Shown here: positions 12,212-34,430 of the stretch, piece after piece | Layout of the letters: every line of letters starts with the position of its first letter | Position numbering within the stretch: the first letter of the stretch is position 1 | Source: Hypanus sabinus | Lineage: Eukaryota | DNA: 64,000 nt | Assembly: GCF_030144855.1 (NCBI RefSeq) | Contig: NC_082713.1 | Span: 75,702,001-75,766,000, forward strand | Reading direction: 5' to 3' | Program-made: the position numbers and the translations under genes | The notes under the pieces: generated by a model | The model's database searches: none | What the model saw: the letters and a program-made list of their open reading frames with translations, nothing else | Told to the model about the DNA's origin: nothing

Positions 12212-14789
12212 ATGTCACCATATAAAACCCTGAGATTCATTTTCTTACAGACATAATCAATAAATCTATAGAATAATAGCCATAACAGAATCAATGAAAG
12301 ACCACACCAATGTCAATGTTCAGTGTGCTAAAGACAATAAACTGTGCAAATGCAAAAACAAAGAAATAGTAATAGTAAATAAATAAGCAATAAGTATTGA
12401 GAACATGAGATGGAGAGTCCTTGAAAGTGAGTCTGTAAGTCGTGGGAACATTTCAATGATGGGGCAAGTGAAGTTGAGTGAAGTTATCCCTTTTGGTTCC
12501 AGTGTCTGATGATTGAGGGATAATAATTATTTGTTCCTGACCAATAGCTGAATCATGAAGTGGTTTTTATGTGCTCATGGACCATTCAGACATCCGATGG
12601 TGGAGTGGAAGAAGCCGTCCTTAAAACACTGAGTGTGGCTCTTCAGGCAACGCAGGGTTGTGCGTGTAGAATGAAAGGCCTCTGTCGATCAAGGTTGACT
12701 GTGGATGTTGCATCCTAACTGTCTAGATATGCAAACCAGGGCAGTATGATATGGAGGGCAAGCTGTTGTTTACCTGTAATAAACAACGCAATAAAATGGC
12801 AAGCGATAGACAAAGACAAGCAGCCCCAGATCAGACTGAACCTCTGAAGTCCTGCTACATCCATTCGTGAATGGTGACAGATAATGAAGCAACTAACAGA
12901 AAGAGGGCTGTTCATGGGCATCCCCTTCTCAGTGGTACTGTTCTCTATCATGTGACTGCCAAAGGGAAGATGGAATAACTTCATCCCAGAAGGGTGAAGG
13001 GTCTCAGCCTGACACGTTGACTGTTTATTCCCTTTCATAGATGCTCCCTGACCTGATGAGCTTCTCCAGCATTTTTGTATTGTGTTACTCTGGATTTTCA
13101 GCAGCTGCTAAATCTTTGATGTTTATGTTAGGTGAAGTATCCATCTCAGCTTTCTCATGAGGTCCCAGCCATCGTTGTCACAGATGACAGAAAGGCCTAA
13201 GGCTTCTGCATGTGGCAAGGGCTACGAGAGCAGTTAACATTCCTGAACCAGAACCAGAAGACCCTCCAGACAACTGTCTCAGCAAGACTGCAACACTATC
13301 ACCTTCTACAAAGGGCAGGGCATTGCATTCTATCTGATATCTACCATCAAGGACGATCTTAATCATCAACTAAATGATGGAAGGCATCATCCAGAGTGCT
13401 GTCATCAGCTCCTGTTCATCCACAGTGGGGAAATTACCAGAACCACACAGTTCCACTAAAATCCAGGAAGCTACAGGTGTTGGAAATTGGAAATAACAAC
13501 TGAAAAATATTGGTCACTCAGTAGGTCAGACAGCAACTTCGAGAAGAGAAATGGTTCACTTTTCAGGTCAAAGCCCTGTATCAGAGTTCTGCAGAAACAT
13601 CTGTGGCCTAAGACGTTAATCGTCTCTCTCCCCACAGATGCTGGCTGGCCTGCAGAGTGTTTCCAGTGTTGTGTGTTTCTACATACTGTAGTTCCAGAGT
13701 TCACCATAGCCTTAATCCAAGTATGAATCCAAGGGGTGAGTGAATCTCAGAGAGGAAGTGAGAGTGAAAGCCCCTGACATTACACAGCATTGCAAGGCAA
13801 GTGGTGTGAAGGAGCCCTGATAAGAAACACATGAATGAATGGGAAACCACACTTGGCTGGAGTTAGACCTGGAACAAAGGAAGATGGCTAAGGTCATTTG
13901 GAAGTCAACCATCACAGACCCAGGATATCACTACAGGGATTCCAAAGGGCAGTGCTCCAGAGTCCACTATCTTTCGCTGTTATATCTCATAATGTCAGGA
14001 GCACATGATGCAATTTTCAGCTCCATTCTGATACAGAACAGACTTGGCGCAGCAAGAAGTGGGCAATATTCAGTCCTGAGGTTCACAGGATATAACACAC
14101 GGCAGGATGGCAGGAGTAACAGTTCCCCAGGCCCAGTGAATGGCTTCTGCAGCAAACTTACAATTAGGCGTGTGATTTTCACTCTACCCCAAAGACAGTG
14201 GAGGATCAGCCACTGACTTTGTTCATCCGTGTATTTCTGACTATTAAAGGAACTGAGGGACATTTGTTGGAGGAGGTACAGAAAAATTCACAAGACTTTT
14301 ACCTCGATTGCAGAGTTTTACTGGATAGGCTGTGCTTGATTTTCTGGAGTGGAATAGGCTGCAGGATGACTTGATAGAGGCATACAAAATTATGAGAAGG
14401 GTCAGACACAAAATGCTGGAAAAAAACTCAATGTGTCAGGCAGCATCTGTGGAGGGAACTGGAATTGAAGTTGGTTTATTATTGTCACATATACTGAGAT
14501 AAGTCTAAAATCTTATCGTTCACACTGTTCAAATCGTCACAACATGCACTGAGGTAGAACAAGGTAAAACACATATGCAGAATAAATTGTATCAGCTACA
14601 GAGAAGGTGCAATTGACACTTTTGGTTGGGACTATTCAGAACTGGTGAGGTTAGATAGGGGAGAATGCTGTTCAGTAGGAGGGGATGAAGAGGACGCAGA
14701 TGAGAGGGGGTTTTAAAGGATCTGGTGGGGGGGGGATTCTTTTCACATACAGGTATGAGGTGGTGCAGACAGAGACTCTCATATGTATG

Positions 14790-15020
14790 TTTAACTGAAA
14801 TCGGAACAGTTCAATTATTGTAAAACAAACACAGAACACAGGGTGCGGTGTAAATAAAATGGAATGACATCATCACATTAGACCAGCCTCTTAAAGTGAC
14901 CCCCAACTCAATGTGTGATGAGCAAACCAAGCTGAGATGGGGTCCAGAGTTCAACTCCCCCCCATGAACTATGCTGCAACTGAGAGAGAAAGAGAAGAGG
15001 GGGGAAGGCATCCTGCTGCA

Positions 15021-15073
<53 letters not shown>

Positions 15074-15757
15074 CTAATATTATGGCTTTAAGCTGATTGT
15101 TTACCTTTGCTCCATGGACACTTTCTTTGCCTGCTTGTAAGATTCTTGCTGAGACAGCAAGGCGGGGCCAGGTGATGGACAGCCGGTGCCCTGCAAGTGA
15201 TGATAAAAAGCAGGTCTGCGAAGACACACCTCGGTACACTGAAAGAGTGTTGTGCACCCACATGAAGGTGGGGGTTTGGAGGATCAATTCGGGGGAATCC
15301 ATCAGAGGCTCACAGTGTGTGAAGGAGCGACCGGTGGGGGCTTGTTTGTGTGTCCACCCTTGCCTGGGTGACAGGCTTACCACTGAAGGATGGTCGTGCC
15401 TGGTACGGGGTCACAGTCGGTGACCATAACAGGACAGGAAGACAACGGAAGGTTCAATGGCAACTGCATCACCTCTCTCTCTCTCTCCAACGGTACACCA
15501 GCAACTACCTTGACCTAAACTGAACTCTGCACCATTGTAAGACTATTCATTTACCCCTAGACTTTGAAAGAGCTTGGTTTTGATTCCTATTTCCACACTT
15601 CCACACTATCATTGCTAACCTGTTACATATGTATTTGTATTTTTATAGTTCTGTATTACTTAGTTTACTAATAAACACTATTATTTACAGTAATACCAGA
15701 CTCCCAACATGTATTCCATTTCTGCTGGTTCGGTAACTCGATCACGGGGTACATGAC
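14790..15757 (+). mobile_element. Solo LTR-like element
   Basis: Its 3' end (gctgg...cacggggtacatgaCA) resembles the terminus of the 56920 LTR; AATAAA near 15670; left boundary uncertain. Confidence 0.55.
15024..15069. repeat. (GA)n microsatellite inside an LTR-like element
   Basis: Pure GA run. Confidence 0.95.
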
Positions 15758-15759
15758 AA

Positions 15760-17706
15760 ATGTCAGTGGTTGTGAACACTGTATGTTTCCACCAATTACA
15801 TTACCCTACACAGCCCCTGCACCCCTCACCCCCTGAATTCACTAAAACTGGCATTGTGAGTCTGTCTGGAGCTCGGACGAGTCACCTGGCTCAGGTCCTG
15901 TGTTCCACGGTGGAGGAACAGCAGGTGCCTCTGCTTCATCCAGAGGTATGTGGACACGTTCATGGTCATGTCGTGACAGCAGGTAAACAAAAAGAGAATC
16001 TAAGTCTTTTAATACAGAGTCCATCAGCTGCTGGAAAGTCTGTGCTGCATTTGGCATGGGCAGAAACTCAAAGAGGCCAAACAGGGTTACCGCAGCCATT
16101 TTGGGAATGCCCTCTGGGCACACAGGCACCTGATGGTAGCCCCTAATTAAGTCAACTTTAGAAAAAGAAATTAAATTTCCAGCTAAATGTGCCAAAAAAT
16201 CTTGGATGTGTGGGACCAGGTAACAATCGGGGTGGTGGCCTTAGGGACCATATGGAGGGGCAAAGACCAGTGGCTATTCGACCGGTGTACAATAGCAAGC
16301 CTTTCCACGTTGGCAAACTCAGCCTTTGTGGTTGCCAGCTTTTCTGGGTCCAGTCTATGCGCGCAGGGCATGGAGTGACAGGCCAGTAAAAGAAATGTGG
16401 TGCCTGGCCCCATGTTCTGTGACTGTAGTGGAGAATGTGGGTTTGGTGAGGCTTGGAAATTTGACCAGCAGTTGAAGAAATCTCACATGAGATGGTACAT
16501 GCGCTTGAAAGAATCATTGTGAGGAACTTACTGAGGGAGCAGGGTAAGCAGTTCTTAAGATTGACTATCAGTTCTTGGGCACACAGGAAATCTGCACTGA
16601 GCAGAGGTCTAGCAATGTCTGGCAGGACGAAGACCCATGTGTAACATCACCCACTGAAGCAAAGTGTCACCTGTCATGTCCCGTAGGTCTGAATCCTGCT
16701 GCCATTGGTGGCCTCCAGCCGGGTGCCCTGAAATGGTGTCTGTAATGAACAATAGATAATCTGGCAGCTGGAACCCTCAGTGTTCACAGACCTCTGATGT
16801 CCCGATGTACTGGCACTATCGAAGCTGCAAGGCGGTCAAGTCCTTCCTCACGTTCTTACCAAAGCGAGTGTGGTAAAAACACAGACCCAGCATTGTCTGT
16901 TTCGCAGCCGTGGGTGTCCTTATGTTGGGGACCTTGCTGATCGGGCTTATTGAGATAGGGAAAGGAGGAATGATGCACTGCTGCCTGGCTGAGTATAGAC
17001 TAGCAGCCATTTTAGCAAGCTGCCTAAAGTTCATCACAGATGTATTAGTGAGGGCTATGCAAACTTGATCTGACATTTTCTGCAGAAGAGCTCCTAAAAC
17101 TTAAAAGAAAAATGAAAAGTGATTTTCCAGGAGAGACAGCACGTGGTCCATGAGCTCCGATGTTTTAGCTCACTGAGGAGAGTAGATGTTTGGCGCACTC
17201 AGATTCCGACAGTCCAAAACTCTGTAAATGATGTTTTCAGCGATCGGTATTTATCATGTTCAGGCTGGTGTTCAAGCAGACACACCACTCTCGTAGCCGT
17301 GGAAATACTGAGCAATGCTACCACATAGTAGAATTTGGTGCTGTTGGCAGAGCAAACTGTGCCTCGGCTTGTACGAGCCAAATGATGGCATTTTGCTCCC
17401 AAAACTCTGGCAGTTTCAAAGTGAGTGTGTTGGCAGACATGTTCAATAACTCTGGAATCGTCCTAGAGCATTGGAGTCACCAATCTAGGATTTTAGGAAT
17501 AAAACGGCAGCTGCGTTTTAAGTTTAATGGAAACTGTAACAACTACTTTATGACAAATAAACTCTTTTCGGGCTTCCAGCCTGGTACAGGTACAGAAGCC
17601 TGACAACGGTTTATTCATCATATACTCTGGGAAAACACTAGATCCTTTTTCAACTCCTTTATTTGTCTCCAAACACAGAATATAAAATGTGGTAAAAGAA
17701 ACCACA
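15760..17706 (-). mobile_element. Gypsy/Ty3 LTR retrotransposon remnant (gag, protease region, RT; internally deleted)
   Basis: RT FSKVDLIRGYHQVPV...TLFGLFEF..MP..NAAQTFQQLMDSVL; gag TKFYYVVALL; PBS-like TGGTGACTCC at 17473-17482. Confidence 0.85.
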
Positions 17707-17759
17707 TAATTATATCATCAGGTCAGTCCATGCTCTTAAAGTGAACCCCACCTCAATGT

Positions 17760-17925
17760 CTCCCCCCATCTTTCAACTCCCTTACTCAGCTTTTTTCTCT
17801 CCAGTCCTGCTGAAGGGTCTCGGCCCAAAACGTCTACTGTACTTGATGCTGCCTGGCCTGTTGAGTTCCTCTAGCATTTTGTGTGTGTTGCTCACAATTC
17901 CAGCATCTGCGGATTTTCTCTTGTT
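17760..17925 (+). mobile_element. Penelope-derived short element with hammerhead-type motif
   Basis: cagtc ctgctga agggtctcggccc aaaa cgtc tactg, then the family tail gatgctgcctggcctg.tgagttcctc.agcattttgtgtgtg. Confidence 0.75.
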
Positions 17926-18246
17926 CCCAACTCAATGTCGGTGGTTATGAATTATGCACTATGTTTGCATCCATCACATTACCCAACAATAACAATGAAA
18001 AAACACCAAGGGAGGCGCAAAGGCCTGGGATAGGTGGGTACATTGGGCTGCACACACATGAAGGACCAAAGGCCTTTTTTTTTTGAGTTGTGAAACACTA
18101 AGATAGTGGTGCTGAGGAGGACGATCAACCTCAGGAGTAAATTAGAAAGGCCGAATGGCTGACACCCTGCTCCAGTTTTTCTGACTGGAGCCCCCAGCTC
18201 CTCCCTGCCCGGCCTTCCCCCGTTGTGTGCCGTTCTCCCTCCCTCC

Positions 18247-18389
18247 CTTCCCCCTTTACTGCTGGGACAGCCGGACTCTCCCTCCGGGTCGCTCCGCCCG
18301 GCCTTCCCCCGTTACTGCTGGGACAGCCGCACTCTCCCACCGGGTCGCTCCGCCCGGCCCGGCCTTCCCCCGTTACTGCTGGGACAGCC
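18247..18389. repeat. GC-rich tandem repeat (about 2.5 x 56-61 bp) in the RPL36A promoter
   Basis: ttactgctgggacagcc occurs three times and ccgggtcgctccgcccggcc twice. Confidence 0.85.
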
Positions 18390-18502
18390 TCCCCGGCGTT
18401 CGGCTCCGATATCCCAGCATTCCACCGCCTCTAAAAGCGGCGCGCTGACGTCATCACGCCCCTTTTCTCCTCTCTCCGGGTGCAGGGCGGCAGCGGGAGA
18501 AG

Positions 18503-27395
<8,893 letters not shown>

Positions 27396-27428
27396 GCTAC
27401 ATAATTAGGTTTTTGGAGTTCACTTCGC

Positions 27429-27434
27429 AATAAA
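27429..27434 (+). terminator. RPL36A polyadenylation signal AATAAA
   Basis: 33 nt after the stop codon, followed by a U/GU-rich stretch. Confidence 0.85.
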
Positions 27435-27779
27435 AGTTATCACATTTTCTGGTGGCTTGCTTTCTTTTCTTACATGTTACAAAAAAGCTTCGTTATGCGG
27501 TGAGATTGCATGGAGCGGAGTAACTTGGCTACTATACGGGTATGACTTTCCAGATCCAACACATTATAAAGTTGATTGTTAATGGAGAAAACTAAAGGCC
27601 ACTCTAATGGGGTTTAAGAGCAACTGGTACAAGGGGTGCACAGGTAGGATCTTTTTACCTGGACTATGCTGCTCCAAAGCTGGTGCCATTGAAGCACTTT
27701 GAAGCACTGGTGGAGGTGCTGTGGATATAAAAAGCCGCCAGATTTTACAGCAGGGATACAGATCCTTTGAACTTGCTGA

Positions 27780-29260
27780 CTAAGTTGCCTACCTGAGCTA
27801 GTCTCATTTTCCTGAATCTAGTCCACATCCCTCTAAATCTTTCCTTTCCATGTATTTGTTCAAGTGTCCTGTGACCACTTCCTCTAGCAGCTTGTTGCAT
27901 ATACCCATCACCCTTTGTAAAGAGAAAACTTGTTCCTTAGGGAGATCAAACGCTACAGTGCAAAAACAGATCCTTTGGCCGATGTCTGACGATGGTGTCT
28001 GAAAAGAGGATGCTGTTAAGTTGCATGCCCATCTTGGATAATGTCTCCCATCCACTCCATAATGTACTGGTTAGGCACAGGAGTACATTCAGCCAGAGAT
28101 GTAACACTGAGCGTCATAGGAAGTCATTCCTACCTGTGGCCATCAAACTTTACAACTCCTCCCTCGGAGTGTCAGACACCCTGTGCCAATAGGCTGGTCC
28201 TGGACTTATTTCCACTTGGCATGATTAACTTATTATTTAATTATTTATGGTTTTATATTGCTATATTTCTTCACTATTCTTGGTTGGTGCAGCTGTAATG
28301 AAACCCAATTTCCCTCGGGATCAATAAAGTATGTTTGTCTGTCTAGTCTAAACTACTAAACTGCCTAGTCCCATTGACTTGCACTCAAACCATAGCCCTC
28401 CATACTCATTCCATCTACACACCTATCCAATTTCTTAGGCGTTGAAGTCAACCCAACATGCACCACTTGTGTTGGCAGCTCGTTCCACACTCTGATGAAG
28501 TTCCCCCTCAAGTACCACTGAAACGTTTCATTTTTCATCCCTAACTGGTGACCTCTAGTTATCCCATCCAACCTCTGAAAAAAGCCTGCTTGCATTTTTC
28601 TCTTTTGAAACCCTCTCACATCTCCCCTCGTTTTTCTAAAGGTTATAGTCGTAACATACTCAACATTTCCCTGTGCTTCAGGTCCTCAGTGATGTCCTTA
28701 AATTTTCTCTTCACTCTTTCAACCTTATTTACATGTTTCCTGTAGGTAGGTGACCAAAACATGATACTCCAAATTAGGACTCACCAATGTCTTGTACAAC
28801 TTCAATATGAAATGCCAACTCCTGTATTCATACTTTGATTTATGAAGGCCAATGTACCAGAAGTTATTTCACAAATATATCCACATTCAAGGAATTAAGG
28901 ATCCGTATTCCCAGATCCCTCTGTTCTACTGCAGTACCCTACAGCTCACCATGCAAGTCCTATCCTGGTTTGTCCTCGCCAATTGCAACACTTCAAATTT
29001 GTCTGCATTAAATTACATCTGCCAGTTTTCCAGTTGGTCCATATTCCACTGCAAACTTTGGTAGCCTTCCTCACCACACCCCCTAATCTTGGTGTCATTG
29101 GCAAATTTGCTGATCCAGTTCACTATATTGTAAATCAGTTTGTTGATGTAGGTGACAAAGCACCAAACCCTGTGGCACACCACTAGTCACAGGCCTCCAA
29201 TCTGAGAGCTCGCCATCTGCTACCACTCTACTTCTTGGGAGAAGCCAGTCTAATCCTCAT
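27780..29260 (-). mobile_element. CR1 fragments (-) interrupted by a Rex1 3' fragment (+, about 27985-28345)
   Basis: TRGHQL, RVWNELP remnants; ILDNVSHPLH in the + piece. Confidence 0.65.
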
Positions 29261-30129
29261 CCTGAACGCCGAGCAAACAAGCCTTCATGAAGGTTAGTGG
29301 CTGAAGATTAAATTTCATGGCAGTTTTTGGAGATGACTGCACCCGATCAGTGAACTGGGTTAATTAGAAAGGACGAATTAAAATAAGGCAGGGCTAAGCA
29401 GAGTGGCCAGTGTTGGAGTAGCTTGGCAAGGTAAATAGCCAGTAAGTTTCTTTTTTATATATACTTCCTCATCTGTTGAGGCAGTTAGTGCAGTGTGAAT
29501 GGCTTCAGGAGTAGTTTTTTTCTGTGTGTGAGATGTAATTCTGGGAGAGCTCCAGTCTTGAATAACATCTGCTGCAGGTGCACTGAGCCGCAGCTCCTAT
29601 TAAGGAAGTGGAGGTGCAGTTCAATGGCCTTCAGTTCATACAGGAGACTGAGGAAGTGATAGGAGCAATATGGAGGTAGTCACCCCTAGGTTGCAGGAGG
29701 CAGGTAACTGGGTGACTGTCAGAAGGAAGGGAAATGGGCTGCAAGTTCAGAGAGACCCTGCTTCACTCCAGGTTGAAGACTGCAGAACAGCACAGGAGAC
29801 ACGTGGTAAGGTGTGCATTGACTAGGGTCGTGGGAGCATTTATTGTCCCTTTAGCAAGGAGCCGTGCCTAGCCAAGGTCAAGGGGGGCAGGTATTGTAAT
29901 TACTTTTCCCTTGCTTGTATGTGTACCTGTACTCCGTCCCCACACTGTTTTCCTGTACTGCAGACCTGACTTTTCCCATGGTCCTCTATCCTAAGCGCCT
30001 TTGTGAAAATATTGTAGCCACTTGTGTCGTTCCCAAGCTTTTTCTCCCCTTGTAAATAAACTCATTATTAAAACTGTGTCCAGAGCTCTTGCCTTTGAGA
30101 CCCAAAGAATCTTTCTCATTTCCATCACA

Positions 30130-33100
30130 ACAGGGGGAAAGGCTATTGTGGGTTTGGTGTTGTGCAATGAACCGGAATTGATTAGGGAGGAACCCTTGGA
30201 GTCATAATATGATGAAATTTACCCTGCAATTTGAGAAGGAGAAGCTAAAGTTGGGTGTATCAGTATTACAGTGGAGTCCAATTATAGAGGCATGAGAGAG
30301 GAGCTGGCCAGAATTCATTGGAAGGAAACAATAGCAGGGATTACGGCAAAGCAGAAGTCATAAGGAAAATATGAAATAAGAAGGCAAGCTTGCTGATAAT
30401 ATTAAAGAGGATACCAAAAGTTTCTTCAGATATATAAAGTGTGAAAAAGGTGAGAGTAGATATGAGACTACTGGAAAATGATGCTAGCGAGTTAGTAATG
30501 GGAGACAAGGAAATGGATGAACAGAAGAAGTATTTTGTATCAGTCTGTTGAGGAAGATACTAGTGGTGTGCTGGAAGTTTGGGTGCCAGGGCAGAAGTGA
30601 GTGTGGCTGCTATTATTCGGGAGATGGTTCTTGGGAAACTGAAAGGTCTGAAGGTAGGTGAATTACCTGGACCAAATTGTCTACACCATAGTTCTGAAAG
30701 AGGTTGCTGAAGAAATTGTGACATAATTAATGATCTTTCGGCAATCAATAGGTCTAGTATGTTTCTGGAGAAATGGAAAGTGGCAAATGTCACTTCACTC
30801 TTCAAGATGAGAGAGGGGCTGAAGAAAGAAAACTATAGGCCAGTTAGTCTGACCTTCATGTTGATGCTGGAGTTAATAGTTAACAATGTAGTTTCAGGGT
30901 TCTTGGGGTTATGTGTAGAATAGGCTGAAGTCAACCATGGTTTCTGACAAATCTGTTGAAGAAATAACAAGCAAGATAAAGGAGAATTGGTGGATGTTCT
31001 GTACAGTACTTTGATTTTTATAAGGCTTTTGACAAGGTGTCACACATGAGGCTGCTTAGCAAGTTAAAAGGCCATGGTATTACAGAAAAGATACTGGCAT
31101 AGAGAGAGTATGAGCTGACTGCCAGGAGGTAAAGAGTTGGAATAAAAAGAACCTTCTCTGGTTGGCTGCCAGTGGCTAATGGTGTTCCACCTGGGACTGT
31201 GTCAGGAATGCTTCTTGTGTTCTATCAAAGATTTGGATGACAGAATTGATGGCTTTGTGGTGAAATCTGAGGACAATATGAAGATAGGTGGAGGGTCAGA
31301 AGGTCTTAGACTGATTGAGAGAATAAGCAAAGAAGTGACAGATGGAATACTGTGTTAGGTAATGTATGACCATGCTCTTTGGTAGAAGAAATAAAAGCAT
31401 GGACCATTTTCTAAAAGGAGAGGAAAAAATTCAGAAATATGAGGTACAAAGGGACTTGGGAGGCCTCGTGCAGGATTCCCTGAAAGTTAATTTGCAGGTT
31501 AAGTCAGTGGTGAGGAAGGCAAATGTGATGGTAGAATGAGAATATAAAAGCAAGGATGTAATGCTGAGGCTTTATAAAGCACTGGTGAGGTTTCATGGAC
31601 TATTGTGAGCAGTTGTGGGTGCCTTACCTAAAAAAAGGATGAGCTGACATTGGAGAGGTTTCAAAGGAGGCTCACAAAAACAATCCAATCACAAAGCCTG
31701 CAAAAAGTTTTCGGCCTGAAGTGTCGACTGTACTCTTTTCCATGGATGCTGCCTGGCCTGCTGAGTTCCTCCGGTGCAATGTGTGTGTTGCTGTCAAAAA
31801 TGTTTGCAGAATTGAAATGCTTACCATTTGAGGAGTGTTTGGTTCTGGGGCTGTACTCACTGGAATTTAGAAGAATGAGGGGCGATCACATTGAAACATA
31901 CCAAATGTTGAAAGGCCTCAATAGAGTGGGTTGAGGGGGGGATGTTTCTTACAGTGGGGGAGTCCAAGACCAGAGGACACAGGCTTAGGAATGCCCTCCA
32001 TTCTTAGAAAAGAGATGAGGAATTTCTTTAGCAAGAGTGGTGAATTTGTAGAATTAGTTGCCACAGGCAGCTGTGGTTGCCAAGTCATTGGGTGTATTTA
32101 AGGCAGAGATTGATAGAGTCAGGGCATGAAGAGATGTGTGGAGAAAGCAGGAGATTGGGGCTGAGAGGGAAATGGTCAGCTATGATGAAATTGTGGGCAG
32201 ACAGTGGGCCAAATGACCTAATTCTGTTAATGCCAAGACCTCCTCATGTCACCTGTATCTCTTTAACCCTTTCTTGCGCTCCTTCCCAGCAACCTTGTAA
32301 CCCTCTAGAGGTCAGTCTGATAGCTGCCTCTTTAGTATGCTTCTTTCTTCCTCTTGACTAGATATTCCACATCTATTGTCAATCATGGTTCCCTCACCCT
32401 ACATCCTTTCCCTGATCAATGGGACAAACCTATCCAGAACCTCCAGCAAGTCCCCGCTAAGGTATTAGCATTAAGGGAAACCCCAAGGCATTCTACACAT
32501 GTGAAGAACAAGAGGGTGACTAGAGTGAGGGTAGGACCAATCACACCCAAACGGGGAAACAGGCCTGGATTCGGAGTTAAGGGAGGTCTTTATTGAATAG
32601 TTTGCTATAGTTGTCACCATTGAAAGGGACCTTGATGAATGTGAGCAGAGTGTAAAACAGGCTTGTGTACTGCTATATGACAGCATTAAAGGCAATATCC
32701 TGCAATTTATGAAAAACGTTAGGATCGATATGTTCCTGATGCCAGACGTGATACATCCCAGGTTAGTACTGCCCCATAGCGATGATTTTTGCTTCCCCAC
32801 TGCCCTCATGAATAATAGTAGAAAATAGGGAGTGTGGAAACTTATTCCTTTGTTCAAGAAATGTAATGGGGATAATCCTGGAAATTACAGACCAATGAGT
32901 GACATCAGAGGTGGGCAAACTATTGGAGAGGATTCTTAGAAGCAGGACTTATGAGCTTTTGGACAGAAAAATCTGATTAAGATTTGACAAAGCTTGCCAC
33001 AGTAGGCTCACTCAGAAAGTCAGGAGGTGTAGGGTGCAGGTAAACCTGGCTGTGTGGATTCAGAATTGGCTTGCCCACAGATGGCAGAGGGTGGTAGTTT

Positions 33101-33590
33101 ACACAGCCTGGAGGATAGTGATGGCTGGTGGTCTGCAGGGATCTGTTCTGGGACCCCTGCTGTTTATGGATTTCACAAGTGACTCGGATGAGGAAGTGGA
33201 AGGGTGGATTAGTAAGTCTGCAGGTGACATGAAAGTTGGTGGTGTGTATAGGGTAGAAGATTGACACAGGTTACAATGAAACATGCAGAACTGGGCTGAG
33301 AAGTGGCAGAAGGAATTAAATCTGGAAAAGTGTGAAGTGATGCACTTTGAAAGACTGAACTTGAAGGCAGAGTGCAGGGTTCAGAACAGTGTGGAGAAAT
33401 GGATCTTGGGGTCCAATTACCTAGATCCCTTAAAGGTGCTGCACTATTTGATCAATTGATTAAGAAGACATCTAGTACGTTGACCTTCATTAGTTGGAAG
33501 ATTGTGTTCAAGAGTTGCAGCTATAAACGACTTTTTGGACCAAACTTGGAGTGACGTTGCCTCATTATACTGTAAGAAGGATGTGGATGC
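30130..33590 (+). mobile_element. Two degraded CR1 LINE ORF2 segments (about 30130-32230 and 32560-33590)
   Basis: NYRPVSLT, KAFDKV, QGSVLGPLLF and ERFQRRLTK motifs. Confidence 0.8.
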
Positions 33591-33594
33591 TTTA

Positions 33595-34430
33595 TTGATC
33601 ACAAAGAAAATGACAGTGTCACAGTAGCATTACAAGTGCACAGGTATACAAATATTAGAGAAGTAAGAAAGAATTTTTTTAAAGTTACTTTAAAAATGAG
33701 ATGTACAAGATTTACTAGTCAAAGATTACAATTCACACTGATGGGGTGATAGTGCAAGAATTTCTGCAATATTATACAGTAATGGGTGCATATTCACATT
33801 GCTCGGATAAGAAGTGATGGTTTATTGCACTGGGTGTCTGCAATAGCAGGGTGTGGTAAACGGAGGTTAATAAGTCTAACAGGAGGGGGTCATTACTTCC
33901 CCAGCTATAGGTTGTCTCTATAGAGCCTAATGGCCTAGGGTAAGAATGACCTCATACAGCGCTCTTTGCAGCAGCGCCGTTGTCTTAGTCTGTTACTAAA
34001 AGTGATCCTCTGTTCAGCCAAGGTGGCACGCAGAGGGTGAGAAACATTGTCCAGAATTGCCAGGATTTTCTGTTGGGTCCTTTGTTCTACCACAGCCTCC
34101 AGTGTGTCCAGTTTGACTCCTATAACAGGGCCAGCCTTTCTAATCAGTTTATTGAGCCTGTTGCCATTGCCCCGACACACCACCGCATAGAAGATTGTAC
34201 TGATGACAACTGACTGGTAGGACATGTGAAGGAGAGGCCTGCATACTCTGAAGAACCTCAGGAAGTAGAGGTGACTCTGACCCTTCTTGCCTCTGTGTTG
34301 GTGCATTCCAGTGCACACCTAGGTACTTGTAGGTCCTCACCGCATCCACGTTCTTACCATCGATAGTGACGGAGCAATGCAGGCTTAGTCTTCCTGAGGT
34401 CCATCACCATCTCCTTTGTCTGGCTGATGT
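33595..34430 (-). mobile_element. Rex1-type LINE 3' end
   Basis: ORF 33935..34318: KKGQSHLYFLR...LNKLIRKAG...ILDNVSHPL. Confidence 0.8.

Noticed and set aside
1-18200. BTK coding exons expected from synteny
   Set aside because: No PH, SH3, SH2 or kinase-like translation found in the ORF track or by eye
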